A stretch of DNA of 64,000 bases from Nocardioidaceae bacterium (GCA_035634095.1 DASQDP010000049.1:1711-65710); one strand, 5' to 3'. Shown: positions 10,476 through 21,689, numbered from the stretch's first letter. Translations and numbers: made by a program. The notes: generated from the sequence alone by a model not told the origin.

Positions 10476-12220
10476 TGCTGGTCCGTCTGCTCACCGAGCG
10501 CCTGCGGCCCTACCGCCGTCCGCTCGCCCTGGTCGTGCTCCTCCAGCTCGTCGGCACGATGGCCGCCCTGTACCTCCCCAGCCTCAACGCCGACATCATC
10601 GACAACGGCGTCGCTCGCGGCGACACCGGCTACATCACCCGCACCGGCGTGGTCATGCTGGCCGTCTCGCTCGTCCAGATCGTGTGCAGCGCGTCGGCGG
10701 TGTACGTCGGTGCGCGCGTCGCCATGGGATTCGGGCGCGACCTGCGCGCGGCGTTGTTCCATCGGGTCGGCGGCTTCTCCTCGCGCGAGGTGCACTCGAT
10801 CGGGGCGCCGTCGCTGATCACCCGCAACACCAACGACGTGCAGCAGGTGCAGATGCTGGTGCTCACCACGTGCACGATGCTGGTCGCCGCCCCCATCATG
10901 ATGGTCGGCGGAGTGCTGATGGCGACGCGCGAGGATCTCGGGCTGTCCTGGCTGCTGGCCGTGTGCGTGCCTGTGCTGCTCGTCGCCGTCGGCTTCGTCA
11001 TCTCCCGGATGGTCCCCGGCTTCCGCCTGATGCAGACCCGCATCGACGCAGTCAACCGGATCCTGCGTGAGCAGATCACCGGGATCCGGGTGGTGCGGGC
11101 GTTCGTCCGGGAGCCCTTCGAGACGCAGCGGTTCGCACGGGCCAACGACGACGTCACCGCGGTCGCGCTCAGCACCGGCCGCTGGATGGCGACGATGTTC
11201 CCGACGGTCATGCTGATCCTCAACGTCTCGAGCGTCGCCGTCCTGTGGTTCGGCGGCCACCGTGTCGACGACGGCTCGATGCAGGTCGGAGCGCTCACCG
11301 CGTTCCTCAGCTACCTCGTGCAGATCCTCATGTCGGTGATGATGGCGACGTTCATGCTGGTCATGGTGCCGCGTGCGTCGGTGTGCGCCGACCGGATCGG
11401 GGAGGTGCTCGACACCGAGACGTCCGTCGTCCGGCCGCTGCGGCCGGTGACGTCGCTACCGGACCCCCGGGACGGTGGAGGACGGCTCGAGTTCCGCGGG
11501 GTGCAGCTCTCCTACCCCGGAGCCGACTCACCCGTGCTCCATGACGTGTCCTTCACGGCGCTGCCGGGCCAGACCACGGCGGTCATCGGCTCGACGGGTG
11601 CGGGCAAGACCACCCTGGTCAACCTGGTGTCGCGGCTCTTCGACGTCACCGCCGGAGCCGTGCTCGTCGACGGGGTCGACGTGCGCGACGTCGAGCCGGA
11701 GCTGTTGTGGAGCCGCATCGGACTGGTGCCCCAGCAGGCGTTCCTGTTCTCCGGCACGGTCGCCAGCAACCTGCGCTACGGCAAGCCCGACGCGACCGAG
11801 CAGGAGATCTGGCAGGCGCTGGAGATCGCGCAGGCCCGCGACTTCGTCGAGGCGATGCCGGACGGGCTGGACGCGCCCATCAGCCAGGGCGGCACGAACG
11901 TCTCGGGCGGCCAGCGGCAGCGGCTCGCGATCGCGCGGGCGCTGATCAGGCGCCCGGCGATCTACCTCTTCGACGACTCCTTCTCCGCGCTCGACCTGGC
12001 CACCGACGCGCGGCTGCGAGCGGCTCTGGCGCCCGTCACCACCGAGGCCACGGTCGTCCTCGTCGCGCAACGGGTGTCCACCATCGTCGCTGCCGACCAG
12101 ATCCTCGTGGTCGAGGACGGCGCGGTCGTCGGGCGCGGCACGCACGACGAGCTGCTCGCAGGCTGTACGACGTATCAGGAGATCGTCGCCTCCCAGCTCA
12201 CCGCCGGTGAGGCAGCATGA
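10475..12220 (+). CDS. ABC multidrug-type exporter subunit (TMD+NBD, degenerate site)
   Basis: [27 protein letters not shown] (non-canonical catalytic residue). Confidence 0.95.
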   Translation: MLVRLLTERLRPYRRPLALVVLLQLVGTMAALYLPSLNADIIDNGVARGDTGYITRTGVVMLAVSLVQIVCSASAVYVGARVAMGFGRDLRAALFHRVGGFSSREVHSIGAPSLITRNTNDVQQVQMLVLTTCTMLVAAPIMMVGGVLMATREDLGLSWLLAVCVPVLLVAVGFVISRMVPGFRLMQTRIDAVNRILREQITGIRVVRAFVREPFETQRFARANDDVTAVALSTGRWMATMFPTVMLILNVSSVAVLWFGGHRVDDGSMQVGALTAFLSYLVQILMSVMMATFMLVMVPRASVCADRIGEVLDTETSVVRPLRPVTSLPDPRDGGGRLEFRGVQLSYPGADSPVLHDVSFTALPGQTTAVIGSTGAGKTTLVNLVSRLFDVTAGAVLVDGVDVRDVEPELLWSRIGLVPQQAFLFSGTVASNLRYGKPDATEQEIWQALEIAQARDFVEAMPDGLDAPISQGGTNVSGGQRQRLAIARALIRRPAIYLFDDSFSALDLATDARLRAALAPVTTEATVVLVAQRVSTIVAADQILVVEDGAVVGRGTHDELLAGCTTYQEIVASQLTAGEAA

Positions 12221-14190
12221 CCACCACCTCGAAGGCGCCGGCGACGCTCAAGGAGACCGAGCGCATCCAAGGGCAGGGCGGGCCCGGGCGCGGCGGCCCG
12301 ATGGGCGGTGGTCTGGTCGGGCAGAAGTCGATGCAGTTCGGGCCGTCGGCGAGGCGGCTGGCCGCCCGGATGCGGCCCGAGCGTGGCCAGGTCCTGGCGG
12401 TGCTGGTGCTCGCTGTCGTCAGCGTCGCCCTCACCGTCCTCGGACCCAAGATCCTGGGCCGCGCCACCGACCTGATCTTCGCCGGCATCTTCGGTCGCCG
12501 GCTCGCTGCCGGCACGACGAAGGCCGAGGCGGTCGCGGCGCTGCGGGCTCAGGGCGAGACGCGGATGGCCGACATGCTCGCCAGCATGGACGTGGTTCCG
12601 GGGCAGGGCGTCGACTTCACCGCGGTCCGCGACGTGCTGCTGCTGGTGCTCGCGGTGTACGTCGCGGCGTCGCTGCTGTCCTGGCTGCAGGGCTACCTCC
12701 TCAACGGAGTGGTGCAGAGCACCGTCCAGCGGATGCGGGCCGACGTCGAGGAGAAGATCAACCGGCTGCCACTGGGATACTTCGACCGGCAGCCGCGCGG
12801 CGAGCTGCTGTCGCGGGTCACCAACGACATCGACAACGTCAGCCAGACGCTGCAGCAGACGATGAGCCAGCTGCTCGTCTCGCTGCTCACCGTCCTCGGC
12901 GTGGTCACGATGATGTTCGTCATCTCGCCGGTGCTGGCCCTGATCGCCCTGGTGACGGTCCCGCTGTCGATCCTGGTCACGGGCCAGATCATGAAGCGCT
13001 CGCAAGGGTTGTTCATCTCCCAATGGAGGCACACCGGGAAGCTGAACGCCCACATCGAGGAGACCTTCACCGGTCACGAGCTCGTCAAGGTCTTCGGCCG
13101 GCGGAGCGAGGTGGAGGAGGTCTTCGCCAGGGAGAACGACGAGCTGTACGCAGCCGGCTTCGGGGCCCAGTTCGTGTCCGGCCTGATCATGCCGGTGATG
13201 ATGTTCATCGGGAACGTCAACTACGTGCTGATCGCGGTGCTCGGCGGACTGCGCGTGGCCAGCGGCACGATGAGCCTGGGTGACGTGCAGGCCTTCATCC
13301 AGTACTCCCGCCAGTTCACCCAGCCGCTCACCCAGGTGGCCTCGATGGTCAACCTGCTGCAGTCCGGCGTCGCCTCGGCAGAGCGGGTCTTCGAGCTGCT
13401 CGACGCCGAGGAGGAGCCCGCCGAGCTGGTGCAGCCGCTCACGGTCGGCGGGCGGGGCGAGGTGGTGTTCGAGCACGTGTCGTTCCGCTACCGGGAGGAC
13501 CAGCCGCTGATCGAGGACCTCTCGCTGGTGGCTCGACCGGGCCAGACCGTGGCCATCGTCGGTCCCACCGGCGCGGGCAAGACGACGCTGGTCAACCTGC
13601 TGATGCGGTTCTACGACCTCGACAGCGGCCGCATCACCCTCGACGGCGTCGACATCGCCACCCTGCGGCGCGCCGACCTGCGGGGTCGGACCGGAATGGT
13701 TCTCCAGGACGCCTGGCTGTTCGAGGGCACGATCCGCGACAACATCGCCTACGGCCGCCCGGACGCCTCCGAGGAGGACATCCTGCAGTCGGCGCGAGCG
13801 ACGTACGTCGACCGGTTCGTGCACAACCTCCCGGCAGGCTACGACACCGTCGTGGACGAGGACGGCACCAGCATCAGCGCCGGCGAGCGGCAGCTGGTGA
13901 CGATCGCCCGCGCCTTCCTCGCCGACCCGGCGTTGCTGATCCTCGACGAGGCGACCAGCTCGGTGGACACGCGCACCGAGGTCCTGGTGCAGAAGGCGAT
14001 GGCCGCCCTGCGCTCGGATCGCACGTCGTTCGTCATCGCGCACCGGCTGTCGACGATCCGTGACGCCGACCTGATCCTGGTCATGGAGGCCGGCGCGATC
14101 GTGGAGCAGGGCACTCATGAGGAGCTGCTCGCCGCCGGGGGAGCGTACGCCTCGCTGTACGCCTCGCAGTTCGCGCGCGCTCTGGTCTGA
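12217..14190 (+). CDS. ABC multidrug-type exporter subunit (TMD+NBD, consensus site)
   Basis: [33 protein letters not shown]; ATGA overlap with partner gene. Confidence 0.95.
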   Translation: MTTTSKAPATLKETERIQGQGGPGRGGPMGGGLVGQKSMQFGPSARRLAARMRPERGQVLAVLVLAVVSVALTVLGPKILGRATDLIFAGIFGRRLAAGTTKAEAVAALRAQGETRMADMLASMDVVPGQGVDFTAVRDVLLLVLAVYVAASLLSWLQGYLLNGVVQSTVQRMRADVEEKINRLPLGYFDRQPRGELLSRVTNDIDNVSQTLQQTMSQLLVSLLTVLGVVTMMFVISPVLALIALVTVPLSILVTGQIMKRSQGLFISQWRHTGKLNAHIEETFTGHELVKVFGRRSEVEEVFARENDELYAAGFGAQFVSGLIMPVMMFIGNVNYVLIAVLGGLRVASGTMSLGDVQAFIQYSRQFTQPLTQVASMVNLLQSGVASAERVFELLDAEEEPAELVQPLTVGGRGEVVFEHVSFRYREDQPLIEDLSLVARPGQTVAIVGPTGAGKTTLVNLLMRFYDLDSGRITLDGVDIATLRRADLRGRTGMVLQDAWLFEGTIRDNIAYGRPDASEEDILQSARATYVDRFVHNLPAGYDTVVDEDGTSISAGERQLVTIARAFLADPALLILDEATSSVDTRTEVLVQKAMAALRSDRTSFVIAHRLSTIRDADLILVMEAGAIVEQGTHEELLAAGGAYASLYASQFARALV

Positions 14191-14460
14191 TTACCAGGGG
14201 ATGCAGGACGTTTGGCGCATGGCCCGGGCCGTGGCCCGTGGGGAGTGCCAGATGTCCATGGGGAGCTGCCAGACCTCTCGTACGAGGCCGCCTCCCGGGT
14301 ACGGCGGCGGCGAGGGGTGGAACCACCTCGACGGCGCGCGGCTTGTTTCCTTCCGGCGTCGTCGCGCGTCCGCCGTACGACGGGACTGCCCATGGAGTTC
14401 TGGCACACCCCACGGGTCACGGCCCATGCCATGTGCCAAACATCCGACATCCCCTGGTAA
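14191..14460. repeat. Palindromic miniature element B (270 bp, ~75-bp imperfect inverted arms), MITE/REPIN-like
   Basis: Left arm 14191-14260 vs reverse complement of 14391-14460: 60/70 ungapped identity (counted by hand); same ends as element A. Confidence 0.85.
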
Positions 14461-14470
14461 CCGGCGCGGA

Positions 14471-14515
14471 CGGGGGCGGGCGCAGCGGGGGCGGGCGCAG
14501 CAGGGGCGGGCGGAG
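14471..14515. repeat. 15-bp G-rich tandem repeat x3
   Basis: cgggggcgggcgcag / cgggggcgggcgcag / caggggcgggcggag. Confidence 0.8.
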
Positions 14516-14815
14516 GTGGCCCGGACAGCAGACAGCCCGTGGGCGTGCGGTACGAGACCGCTCTCCGGTCGGATGAGTCCGGAGCGCCCACGGGCCGGGT
14601 GACTGCCGATGGATTACCAGCGCGCACTGCAGTCAGCGTGTGCTGGTTGGTGCGCTGCTAGCGAGCAGCCACCTCACGAATCCGAGAAGAATGCACTTTC
14701 GGACCACCTCCTTTCCCGTGTGCCACCACGGTACGTCCGCCCCCGGACCCGGACAAGCACTTTCCCGCCCGAGCGACGAGGTGGTCCGCATCACTCCACA
14801 GGGACGACGGAGGAC

Positions 14816-15063
14816 ATGGGCGTCGCCAGCGCGACCGTCGCGTTCTTCCGCTCGATGAACGGCTCGATCGGGGTCGCGGTCCTCGGCGCGGTGCTCAGCC
14901 ACCGCGTCGCTGCCGGCGTCTCCACTGGCGCGCCATGCTGGGCGTCCCGATCACCGCTCCCTGCGCGCTCGTGCTGCTGTTGGTCCGCGAGGTCCCGCCG
15001 CGCACGGCCATCGAGCGCGAGGACGGGCTTGCCACCGAGCAGGAGTTCGTCCAGGTCCGCTGA
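14816..15063 (+). pseudogene. Remnant of the C-terminus of a DHA2/MDR-type MFS transporter
   Basis: MGVASATVAFFRSMNGSIGVAVLGAVLSHRV, then a frameshift near 14935 to LGVPI..LLLVREVPPRT; N-terminal part missing. Confidence 0.7.
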
Positions 15064-15081
15064 GCGCCTCGACCCGGACCG

Positions 15082-16671
15082 TCAGATCCGGAACCAGGCG
15101 GCGGTGTCCGGCGCGAGTCGTCCCTCGACCGGCGCGGGACCGCTGCTGATCAGCGGGTCAGCGAGCCCTTCGGGCAGCGCGGCCGGCCGGTTGCCGCAGT
15201 TGACCACGCAGACCAGACCCCCTCTCCGGAACGCGAAGGTGCCCGGGGACGAGGCCAGGACCTCGATCTCGTCGGGCGACGCGGCGGCGACCTCGCGCCG
15301 CACCCGCAGCAGGCGCCGGAAGAACGACAGGGTCGACTCCGAGTCCGCCTCCTGCGCCTCGACCGTGCGGTTCGCCCAGTCCTCCGGCATGGGCAGCCAC
15401 GGCTGCCCATCGCCCGGCCCGAAGCCGTACGGCGCCGCGCCGCCCGACCACGGCACCGGAACCCGGCATCCGTCCCGACCCGGCTTGCCGGTGCGGAACC
15501 ACGCCGGGTCCTGCCGCTGCTCCGGCGGCACCTCGACCTGCTCGAGGCCGAGCTCCTCGCCCTGGTAGACGTACGCCGAGCCGGGCAGCGCCATCATCGT
15601 GAGCGCCGCGGCCCGCGCGCGGGCCAGCCCCACGTCCCCACCGCCGTACCTGGTCGTCTCACGCACGACGTCGTGGTTGGACAGCACCCAGGTCGGGGTG
15701 CCGTCCACCAGGGCGACCGCCGCGAAGGTGTCCACGACGACGTCGCGGAAGGCCTCGGCTGACCAGGGCGCCTGCAGCCACGCGAAGTTGAAGCTCTGCT
15801 GCAGCTCGTCGGGCCGGATGTAGCGGGCCATCGCCTCGACGCTGTCTGTCCACGCCTCGGCGACGGCCATCCGGTCCCCGTCGTACTCCGCGAGCACCCG
15901 GTGCCAGCGCCGGTACACGTCGTGCACCTCTGGCTGGTCCCACATCGGGTGCGGCGGCCGGTCGGACTCGGTGCGGCGCCGCAGGTCGAACGGCTTGTAG
16001 AGCCCGTGCGCGACGTCGATGCGGAAGCCGTCCACGCCGCGGTCCAGCCAGAACCGCAGGATCGACTCGAACTCGTCGCCGACCTCCGGGTTCCACCAGT
16101 TCAGGTCCGGCTGGGTGGCGTCGAACAGGTGCAGGTACCACTGGCCGTCGGGAAGCCGCGTCCAGGCCGGGCCGCCGAACATCGACAGCCAGTTGTTGGG
16201 CGGCTCCTCGCCTCCCGGCCCGGTGCCGTCCCGGAAGACGTAGCGCTCGCGGACCGGGTCACCCGGCGCCGCCGCGAGCGCCTTCTGGAACCAGACGTGC
16301 TCGTCGGAGGTGTGGTTGGGGACCACGTCGACGATGACCTTCAGTCCGAGGTCGTGCGCCCGCGCCAGCATGGCGTCGAACTCCGCCAGCGTGCCGAACA
16401 GAGGGTCGACGTCGCGGTAGTCGGAGACGTCGTAGCCGTGGTCGTGCTGCGGGGAGGGGTAGAAGGGAGTGATCCAGACCGCGTCCACCCCGAGGTTGGC
16501 GAGGTACGGCAGCCGCTGCTCGATGCCGGGCATGTCGCCGATCCCGTCGCCGTTCCCGTCGGCGAAGCTGCGGATGTAGACCTGGTAGCAGACGGCGTGC
16601 CGCCACCAGGGCGCGGACGGCGAGCTGGTTTGCACGTTCCAATCGAACGTCAGCCGGGATTCGGAAGTCAA
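15082..16671 (-). CDS. GH13 alpha-glucosidase
   Basis: YQVYIRSFADGNGDGIGD, DVVPNHTS, GFRIDVAH, AEAW, LSNHD; true start may be GTG 16635. Confidence 0.93.
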   Translation of the reverse strand: MTSESRLTFDWNVQTSSPSAPWWRHAVCYQVYIRSFADGNGDGIGDMPGIEQRLPYLANLGVDAVWITPFYPSPQHDHGYDVSDYRDVDPLFGTLAEFDAMLARAHDLGLKVIVDVVPNHTSDEHVWFQKALAAAPGDPVRERYVFRDGTGPGGEEPPNNWLSMFGGPAWTRLPDGQWYLHLFDATQPDLNWWNPEVGDEFESILRFWLDRGVDGFRIDVAHGLYKPFDLRRRTESDRPPHPMWDQPEVHDVYRRWHRVLAEYDGDRMAVAEAWTDSVEAMARYIRPDELQQSFNFAWLQAPWSAEAFRDVVVDTFAAVALVDGTPTWVLSNHDVVRETTRYGGGDVGLARARAAALTMMALPGSAYVYQGEELGLEQVEVPPEQRQDPAWFRTGKPGRDGCRVPVPWSGGAAPYGFGPGDGQPWLPMPEDWANRTVEAQEADSESTLSFFRRLLRVRREVAAASPDEIEVLASSPGTFAFRRGGLVCVVNCGNRPAALPEGLADPLISSGPAPVEGRLAPDTAAWFRI

Positions 16672-16696
16672 ACCCGTCGCGGCGAGGGCGGTCGCC

Positions 16697-18076
16697 TCAG
16701 GCGGTGACGCGCTCGTAGCGGGCCAGCGCGACCGTGCGCTCGGTGGCGTGGTCGACGATCCGCGCGGGGTAGCCCGCGGGTGGGCCGGAGGGGTCCGTCC
16801 AGGGCTGGTGCACGAACCGCGCGTCCACCTCGGCGAGCTCCGGCACCCACCGGCGGATGTAGGTCCCGTCGGGGTCGAACTTCTCGCCCTGCGTGACGGG
16901 GTTGAAGACCCGGAAGTACGGTGAGGGGTCCGTGCCGCTGCCGCTGACCCACTGCCAGCCGTGCATGTTCGAGGCCAGGTCGCCGTCGACCAGCCAGTGC
17001 ATGAACTCGCGGGCGCCGTGCTGCCACTCGATGTGCAGGTCCTTGACCAGGAAGCTGGCCACGATCATCCGGACCCGGTTGTGCATCCAGCCCACGGACC
17101 GCATCTGCCGCATCCCGGCGTCCACGATGGGGTAGCCGGTGCGCCCCTCGGCCCAGGCGTCGAACTGCGCGCCCGGCTCGTCGTGCTCCATGGTCGCCAG
17201 CTCGGGCCGCAGGTGCTCCCGCGCGGTGCGCGGGTGCTGGTGGAGCACGTCCGCGTAGAACTCCCGCCACGCGAGCTCCTTGCGGTAGATCGTGGCACCG
17301 CTGCCGTCGTGCCGCGCGATCTCCGCGAGCATGGTGCGGGGATGGATCTCCCCCCACTTGAGGTGCACCGACATGTGGCTGGTGGCATCCAGGTCGGGGC
17401 GGTTGCGGGTGTCTCCGTACTGGTCGAGCCCCTGCGCGGCGTACTTCGCCCACGTCGCCGTGGCGGCCGCCTCACCGGCCTCGGGGAGCGAGACGCCGTC
17501 GGGCAGGCCGACTGCCGGTACGTCGAAGCCGCCGGCCGTCGCCAGCCAGCGGAGGCCTTCGGGCGGACCCGGCGCCGGGTCGCGCCAGCCGTGCTCCAGC
17601 CAACCGCGGGAGAACGGCGTGAAGACCCGGTACGGGGCGCCGGAGGCGTTCTTCACCCGGTCGGGGGCCACGGCGTACGGCGACCCGGTGCGCACCAGCT
17701 CGATGCCGGCGTCGGCCAGGGCCTGCTCGACGGCGGTGTCACGCCGGCGCCCGTACGGGCCGTAGTCGGCGGCGACGTGCACCTGGCCCGCGCCGACGTC
17801 CCGGGCCGCTGCGGGGACGGCCCGCACCGGGTCCCCGGACATCACCGACAGCCCGCCACCGCGCTCACGCAGGGAGGCGTCGAGGGCGGTCAGGGACCGA
17901 GCGAGGTAGCACCGGCGCGAGGCTCCGGACGGTCCCCAGAGCGCGGGGTCGAGCACGAACAGAGGCAGCACGCCGCCCCCGTGGCCGACCCTGCACGCCT
18001 CCAGGAGCGCAGGGTTGTCCGCGAGCCGCAGGTCGCGGCGGAACCACATCACGGCAGTCGTCGACACGTCCTCCAC
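16697..18076 (-). CDS. phr: Deoxyribodipyrimidine photolyase / cryptochrome family
   Basis: [14 protein letters not shown]; [14 protein letters not shown]; [14 protein letters not shown]; FRVFNP. Confidence 0.93.
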   Translation of the reverse strand: MEDVSTTAVMWFRRDLRLADNPALLEACRVGHGGGVLPLFVLDPALWGPSGASRRCYLARSLTALDASLRERGGGLSVMSGDPVRAVPAAARDVGAGQVHVAADYGPYGRRRDTAVEQALADAGIELVRTGSPYAVAPDRVKNASGAPYRVFTPFSRGWLEHGWRDPAPGPPEGLRWLATAGGFDVPAVGLPDGVSLPEAGEAAATATWAKYAAQGLDQYGDTRNRPDLDATSHMSVHLKWGEIHPRTMLAEIARHDGSGATIYRKELAWREFYADVLHQHPRTAREHLRPELATMEHDEPGAQFDAWAEGRTGYPIVDAGMRQMRSVGWMHNRVRMIVASFLVKDLHIEWQHGAREFMHWLVDGDLASNMHGWQWVSGSGTDPSPYFRVFNPVTQGEKFDPDGTYIRRWVPELAEVDARFVHQPWTDPSGPPAGYPARIVDHATERTVALARYERVTA

Positions 18077-18161
18077 CCTGCCAGGCGGCCCCAGCGTCGC
18101 CGCGGTGTCACCCGGGCCCGCCTGCGCAGGCGCTCAGCGCCTGATGGGGGAGAATGGCGGA

Positions 18162-18860
18162 GTGAGCGACCTGATCGACACGACCGAGATGTACCTCCGG
18201 ACCATCTACGAGCTGGTCGAGGAGGGCATCGTTCCGCTGCGCGCGCGGATCGCCGAGCGGCTGCACCAGAGCGGTCCCACGGTCAGCCAGACCGTCGCCC
18301 GGATGGAGCGCGACGGCCTGGTCACCGTCGAGGGCGATCGTCACCTGCAGCTCACCGAGGAGGGTCAGCGGCTCGCGGTGCGAGTCATGCGCAAGCACCG
18401 CCTCGCCGAGCGGCTGCTCACCGACGTGATCGGCCTGGAGTGGGAGCACGTGCACGCCGAGGCCTGCCGCTGGGAGCACGTGATGTCCGAGACGGTGGAG
18501 AGGCGTCTCCTGGAGCTGCTGGACCACCCGACCCAGTCGCCGTACGGCAACCCGATCCCGGGGCTCTCCGAGCTCGGGGAGCCGGCTGACCCGGCGGACG
18601 GCGGTGGGCACCCGGCGGGTGTCGAGGCGCTCGACGTCGTCGCCCGGGACGGCGGCGAGACCCGGGTGCTGGTGCGCCGGATCGGTGAGGAGATGCAGAA
18701 GCACGAGCCGGTGATGTCGGCGCTGCGCCGGGTGGGCGCCATGCCGGACAAGGTGATCACCGTCGCGCCGGCGGCCGAGGGCGTCCTCATCGGCAGTGGT
18801 GGGGAGACCGCCGAGATCGACGTGGACCTGGCCGCTCACCTCTTCGTGCACCGCCTCTAG
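18162..18860 (+). CDS. ideR: DtxR/IdeR iron-dependent repressor
   Basis: [45 protein letters not shown]; EACRWEH; [10 protein letters not shown]. Confidence 0.93.
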   Translation: MSDLIDTTEMYLRTIYELVEEGIVPLRARIAERLHQSGPTVSQTVARMERDGLVTVEGDRHLQLTEEGQRLAVRVMRKHRLAERLLTDVIGLEWEHVHAEACRWEHVMSETVERRLLELLDHPTQSPYGNPIPGLSELGEPADPADGGGHPAGVEALDVVARDGGETRVLVRRIGEEMQKHEPVMSALRRVGAMPDKVITVAPAAEGVLIGSGGETAEIDVDLAAHLFVHRL

Positions 18861-18889
18861 GCATCACATCTAGGCCCGCAGAGACGCGC

Positions 18890-19777
18890 TCACGGGGTCT
18901 CGACTGGCTCGACCGGCTGCGACCCGCACCGCTCCACCAGCGTGGTCAGCAGCTCGGTCGTGCCGTGGGCGAGCTTCAGCACCCCAGGGAGGTCGTCGGC
19001 CCGGGTGGCTCCGCGGTTGACCACCACGACCGGTACGCCGCGCTTGCCGGCGTGGCGCACGAAGCGGAAGCCCGACATCACGGTGAGCGACGAGCCCAGC
19101 ACCAGCAGGGCGTCGCACGCCGGGTCGAGCGCGTCCACCGCCGCGTAGCAGCTCTCCACCCGCTCCTTGGGGACGTTCTCGCCGAAGAAGACGACGTCCG
19201 GCTTGAGCACACCTCCGCACGCGACGCAGGAGGGGACGCGGAAGTCCGAGGTCTCGCTGAGCTCCACGTCACCGTCGGGGCGCGACTCGACCCCCGCATG
19301 CGCCTCCCGCCAGCCCGGATTCAGCGCCCTCATCCGCTCGTGGAGCGCGGCCCGGCTGGTCCGCTGTGAGCAGCCGAGACAGACCACGTCGGCGATCCGG
19401 CCGTGCAGCGCGCAGATCGCCCGGGACCCGGCCGCCTCGTGCAGTCCGTCGACGTTCTGGGTGATGAGGCGGCGCAGTCGCCCCGACCGCTCCAGAGTGA
19501 CCAGGGCACGGTGGCCGTCGTTGGGAGCCGCCCCCCGCATCCGGGACCAGCCGAGGTGCGAGCGAGCCCAGTAGCGCTGCTGCGCGTCCGGACCCGAGAC
19601 GAACTCCGAGTAGGTCATCGGCGTGCGGCTCGGTGAGTTCGGCCCGCGGTAGTCCGGGATGCCGGAGTCCGTGCTCATCCCGGCCCCGGTGAGCGCCACG
19701 AAGCGGCGGTCGGCGAGCAGGTCGACGACCTCCGCGACCGAGCGTGCCGCGGTGGCGGGAACGGGCAGAGCGGTCAT
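18890..19777 (-). CDS. NAD-dependent protein deacylase (sirtuin, SIRT4-like class)
   Basis: GAGMSTDSGIPDYRG, YWARS, TQNVDGLH, two CxxC, LKPDVVFFGE, GSSL. Confidence 0.93.
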   Translation of the reverse strand: MTALPVPATAARSVAEVVDLLADRRFVALTGAGMSTDSGIPDYRGPNSPSRTPMTYSEFVSGPDAQQRYWARSHLGWSRMRGAAPNDGHRALVTLERSGRLRRLITQNVDGLHEAAGSRAICALHGRIADVVCLGCSQRTSRAALHERMRALNPGWREAHAGVESRPDGDVELSETSDFRVPSCVACGGVLKPDVVFFGENVPKERVESCYAAVDALDPACDALLVLGSSLTVMSGFRFVRHAGKRGVPVVVVNRGATRADDLPGVLKLAHGTTELLTTLVERCGSQPVEPVETP

Positions 19778-19846
19778 CACGCCCAGGATACGGGCGGTGC
19801 GCGAGGAAGCCGCCCGCCCGAGGAGGCTGGGGCCTATCCTCGACCG

Positions 19847-20497
19847 GTGCAGAACGACTGGGTCCCGCTGTCGTCGAGCGCGCTGGTGATCGGCGCGATG
19901 TCCCTGGTGCTCGGCGCCGCGATGAACCCGGCCGAGGCGGGGTCGACCGCGACGCAGACGCTGCGGGTGGCCACCGATGAGAGCACCAGGTGGCTGGCCA
20001 TGGCGGTGATGTACACGCTGGCGTCGGTCACGATCGTGCTGGGCCTGCCTGCGGTGCTGAGCCTGGTGCAGGAGCGCGGCCACCGGCTGGGCCTGGTGGG
20101 CGCCTGCATCTTCTGCGTGGGCGCGATCGGCACCTGCAGCTACGCCATGCTGCTGGTGTTCTTCCGCGCCATGGTGGTCGCCGGAGCGGTGCGGGGACAG
20201 GGGCTCGACCGGGTCACCAACGACCCGGGGCTCGTCGTGTTCCTGAGCGGCTGGATCGGCTGCTTCTACCTCGGGGTGCTGCTGCTCGCCGCTGCGCTGC
20301 TGAGGGCGCGGACCACGCCGCGGTGGGTGCCGGTGCTGTTGGGGATGTTCCTCGTGACCGCTCCGGTGGCCCCCGACCTGGGACGCTTCGGGGCCACCGT
20401 GCACGTCATGCTCCTGGCCGTGGCCTGCACCGGGGCCGCCATGGCTGCGGTGTCCCGCGGGCAGCGTGCCCTCGTCCCCGCCAAGCCGGCGTACTGA
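19847..20497 (+). CDS. Multi-pass membrane protein (DUF4386-like)
   Basis: About 6-7 hydrophobic segments with coding-like codon usage; family assignment tentative. Confidence 0.6.
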   Translation: MQNDWVPLSSSALVIGAMSLVLGAAMNPAEAGSTATQTLRVATDESTRWLAMAVMYTLASVTIVLGLPAVLSLVQERGHRLGLVGACIFCVGAIGTCSYAMLLVFFRAMVVAGAVRGQGLDRVTNDPGLVVFLSGWIGCFYLGVLLLAAALLRARTTPRWVPVLLGMFLVTAPVAPDLGRFGATVHVMLLAVACTGAAMAAVSRGQRALVPAKPAY

Positions 20498-20550
20498 GTG
20501 CAGCCTCCTGGCCCCGGGTGCCCCGCAGGCGAGCGGACCCCCGTGACAGC

Positions 20551-21399
20551 ATGGACGCCATGACCCGCCCCGTGCCTGCGCCCAAGCGCGCCGTCCGCGC
20601 CTGGCTGTCCGACATGGACGGGGTTCTGGTCCACGAGGAGGAGCCGATCCCCGGCGCCGCGGAGTTCGTGGGGCGACTGGCCCGGACCGGCCGGCCGTTC
20701 CTGCTCCTCACCAACAACTCGATCTTCACCCCGCGCGACCTCAAGGCGAGGCTGCACAAGTCCGGGATCGACGTGCCCGAGGCCGCGATCTGGACCAGCG
20801 CCCTGGCCACGGCCCAGTTCCTGCACGACCAGCGGCCGGACGGCGCGGCATACGTGATCGGGGAGGCGGGGCTCACCACCGCGCTGCACGAGATCGGCTA
20901 CGTGCTGACCGACCAGGACCCGGACTACGTGGTGCTCGGGGAGACCCGCACGTACTCCTTCGAGGCCATCACCACCGCGATCCGGCTGATCGCCAAGGGC
21001 GCGCGCTTCATCGCCACGAACCCCGACGTGTCCGGACCCAGCCTGCAGGGGCCGATCCCCGCGACCGGTTCCGTGGCGGCGCTGGTGACCAAGGCGACCG
21101 GCGTCGACCCGTACTTCGTCGGCAAGCCGAACCCGCTGATGATGCGGTCGGCGCTGAACCGCATCGACGCGCACTCCGAGACCACGGTGATGATCGGGGA
21201 CCGGATGGACACCGACGTGGTCTCGGGCCTGGAGGCCGGGTTGCGCACGGTCCTGGTGCTCACCGGGTCCACCAGCGCGAGGCAGGTGGAGCGCTTCCCC
21301 TACCGGCCCACCTACATCCTCGACTCGGTCGCGGACCTGGTCGACCTGGTCGAGGAGTGGAACGACGACACCGACGAGGTCGTCGACTTCGCGAGCTGA
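20551..21399 (+). CDS. HAD-IIA (NagD-like) phosphatase
   Basis: DMDGVLV, LTNNS, ATNPD, GKP, GDRMDTD. Confidence 0.93.
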   Translation: MDAMTRPVPAPKRAVRAWLSDMDGVLVHEEEPIPGAAEFVGRLARTGRPFLLLTNNSIFTPRDLKARLHKSGIDVPEAAIWTSALATAQFLHDQRPDGAAYVIGEAGLTTALHEIGYVLTDQDPDYVVLGETRTYSFEAITTAIRLIAKGARFIATNPDVSGPSLQGPIPATGSVAALVTKATGVDPYFVGKPNPLMMRSALNRIDAHSETTVMIGDRMDTDVVSGLEAGLRTVLVLTGSTSARQVERFPYRPTYILDSVADLVDLVEEWNDDTDEVVDFAS

Positions 21400-21422
21400 C
21401 CCCGCCGCCCTCGCGCCAACGG

Positions 21423-21689
21423 TCAGGCGTAGCGGGCCGCTGCCCGTGCGCGAGCCTTCGCAGCCTCGACGTCGCGGTCCTTGGGTGGTGCGGTGGTCGT
21501 CAGCTCCTCGAGCAGCCGACGGGTCGACGCGGCCACCTCGGCGACGGCGCGGTCGAACGCGGCCTGGTTCGCCTGCGACGGACGGGTCGCCCCGCTGACC
21601 TTGCGGACGTACTGAAGGGCGGCGGCCGACACCTCGTCGGACGTCGCGGGCGGCTCGAAGTTGTGCAGGGTCCGGATGTTGCGGCACAT
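21423..21689 (-). CDS. DUF2277 family protein
   Basis: MCRNIRTLHNFEPPATSDEVSAAALQYVRKVSG. Confidence 0.88.
   Translation of the reverse strand: MCRNIRTLHNFEPPATSDEVSAAALQYVRKVSGATRPSQANQAAFDRAVAEVAASTRRLLEELTTTAPPKDRDVEAAKARARAAARYA

Noticed and set aside
14611-14620. GGATTACCAG, and CTGGTAACCG at 57902, resembling element ends
   Set aside because: Only 9-10 bp, with no GGGGATG continuation or partner arm; compatible with chance.
14115-14627. Several short ORFs on both strands across element B with mirrored peptides (YQGMQDVW / YQGMSDVW)
   Set aside because: The mirrored translations result from the inverted arms; no RBS or coding bias.
16630-16676. TTGACT -35 and TTGGAACGTGCAAA as a LacI-type operator for the GH13 gene
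   Set aside because: Only 10/14 dyad symmetry, no convincing -10, and no LacI gene nearby; too weak to list as a feature.
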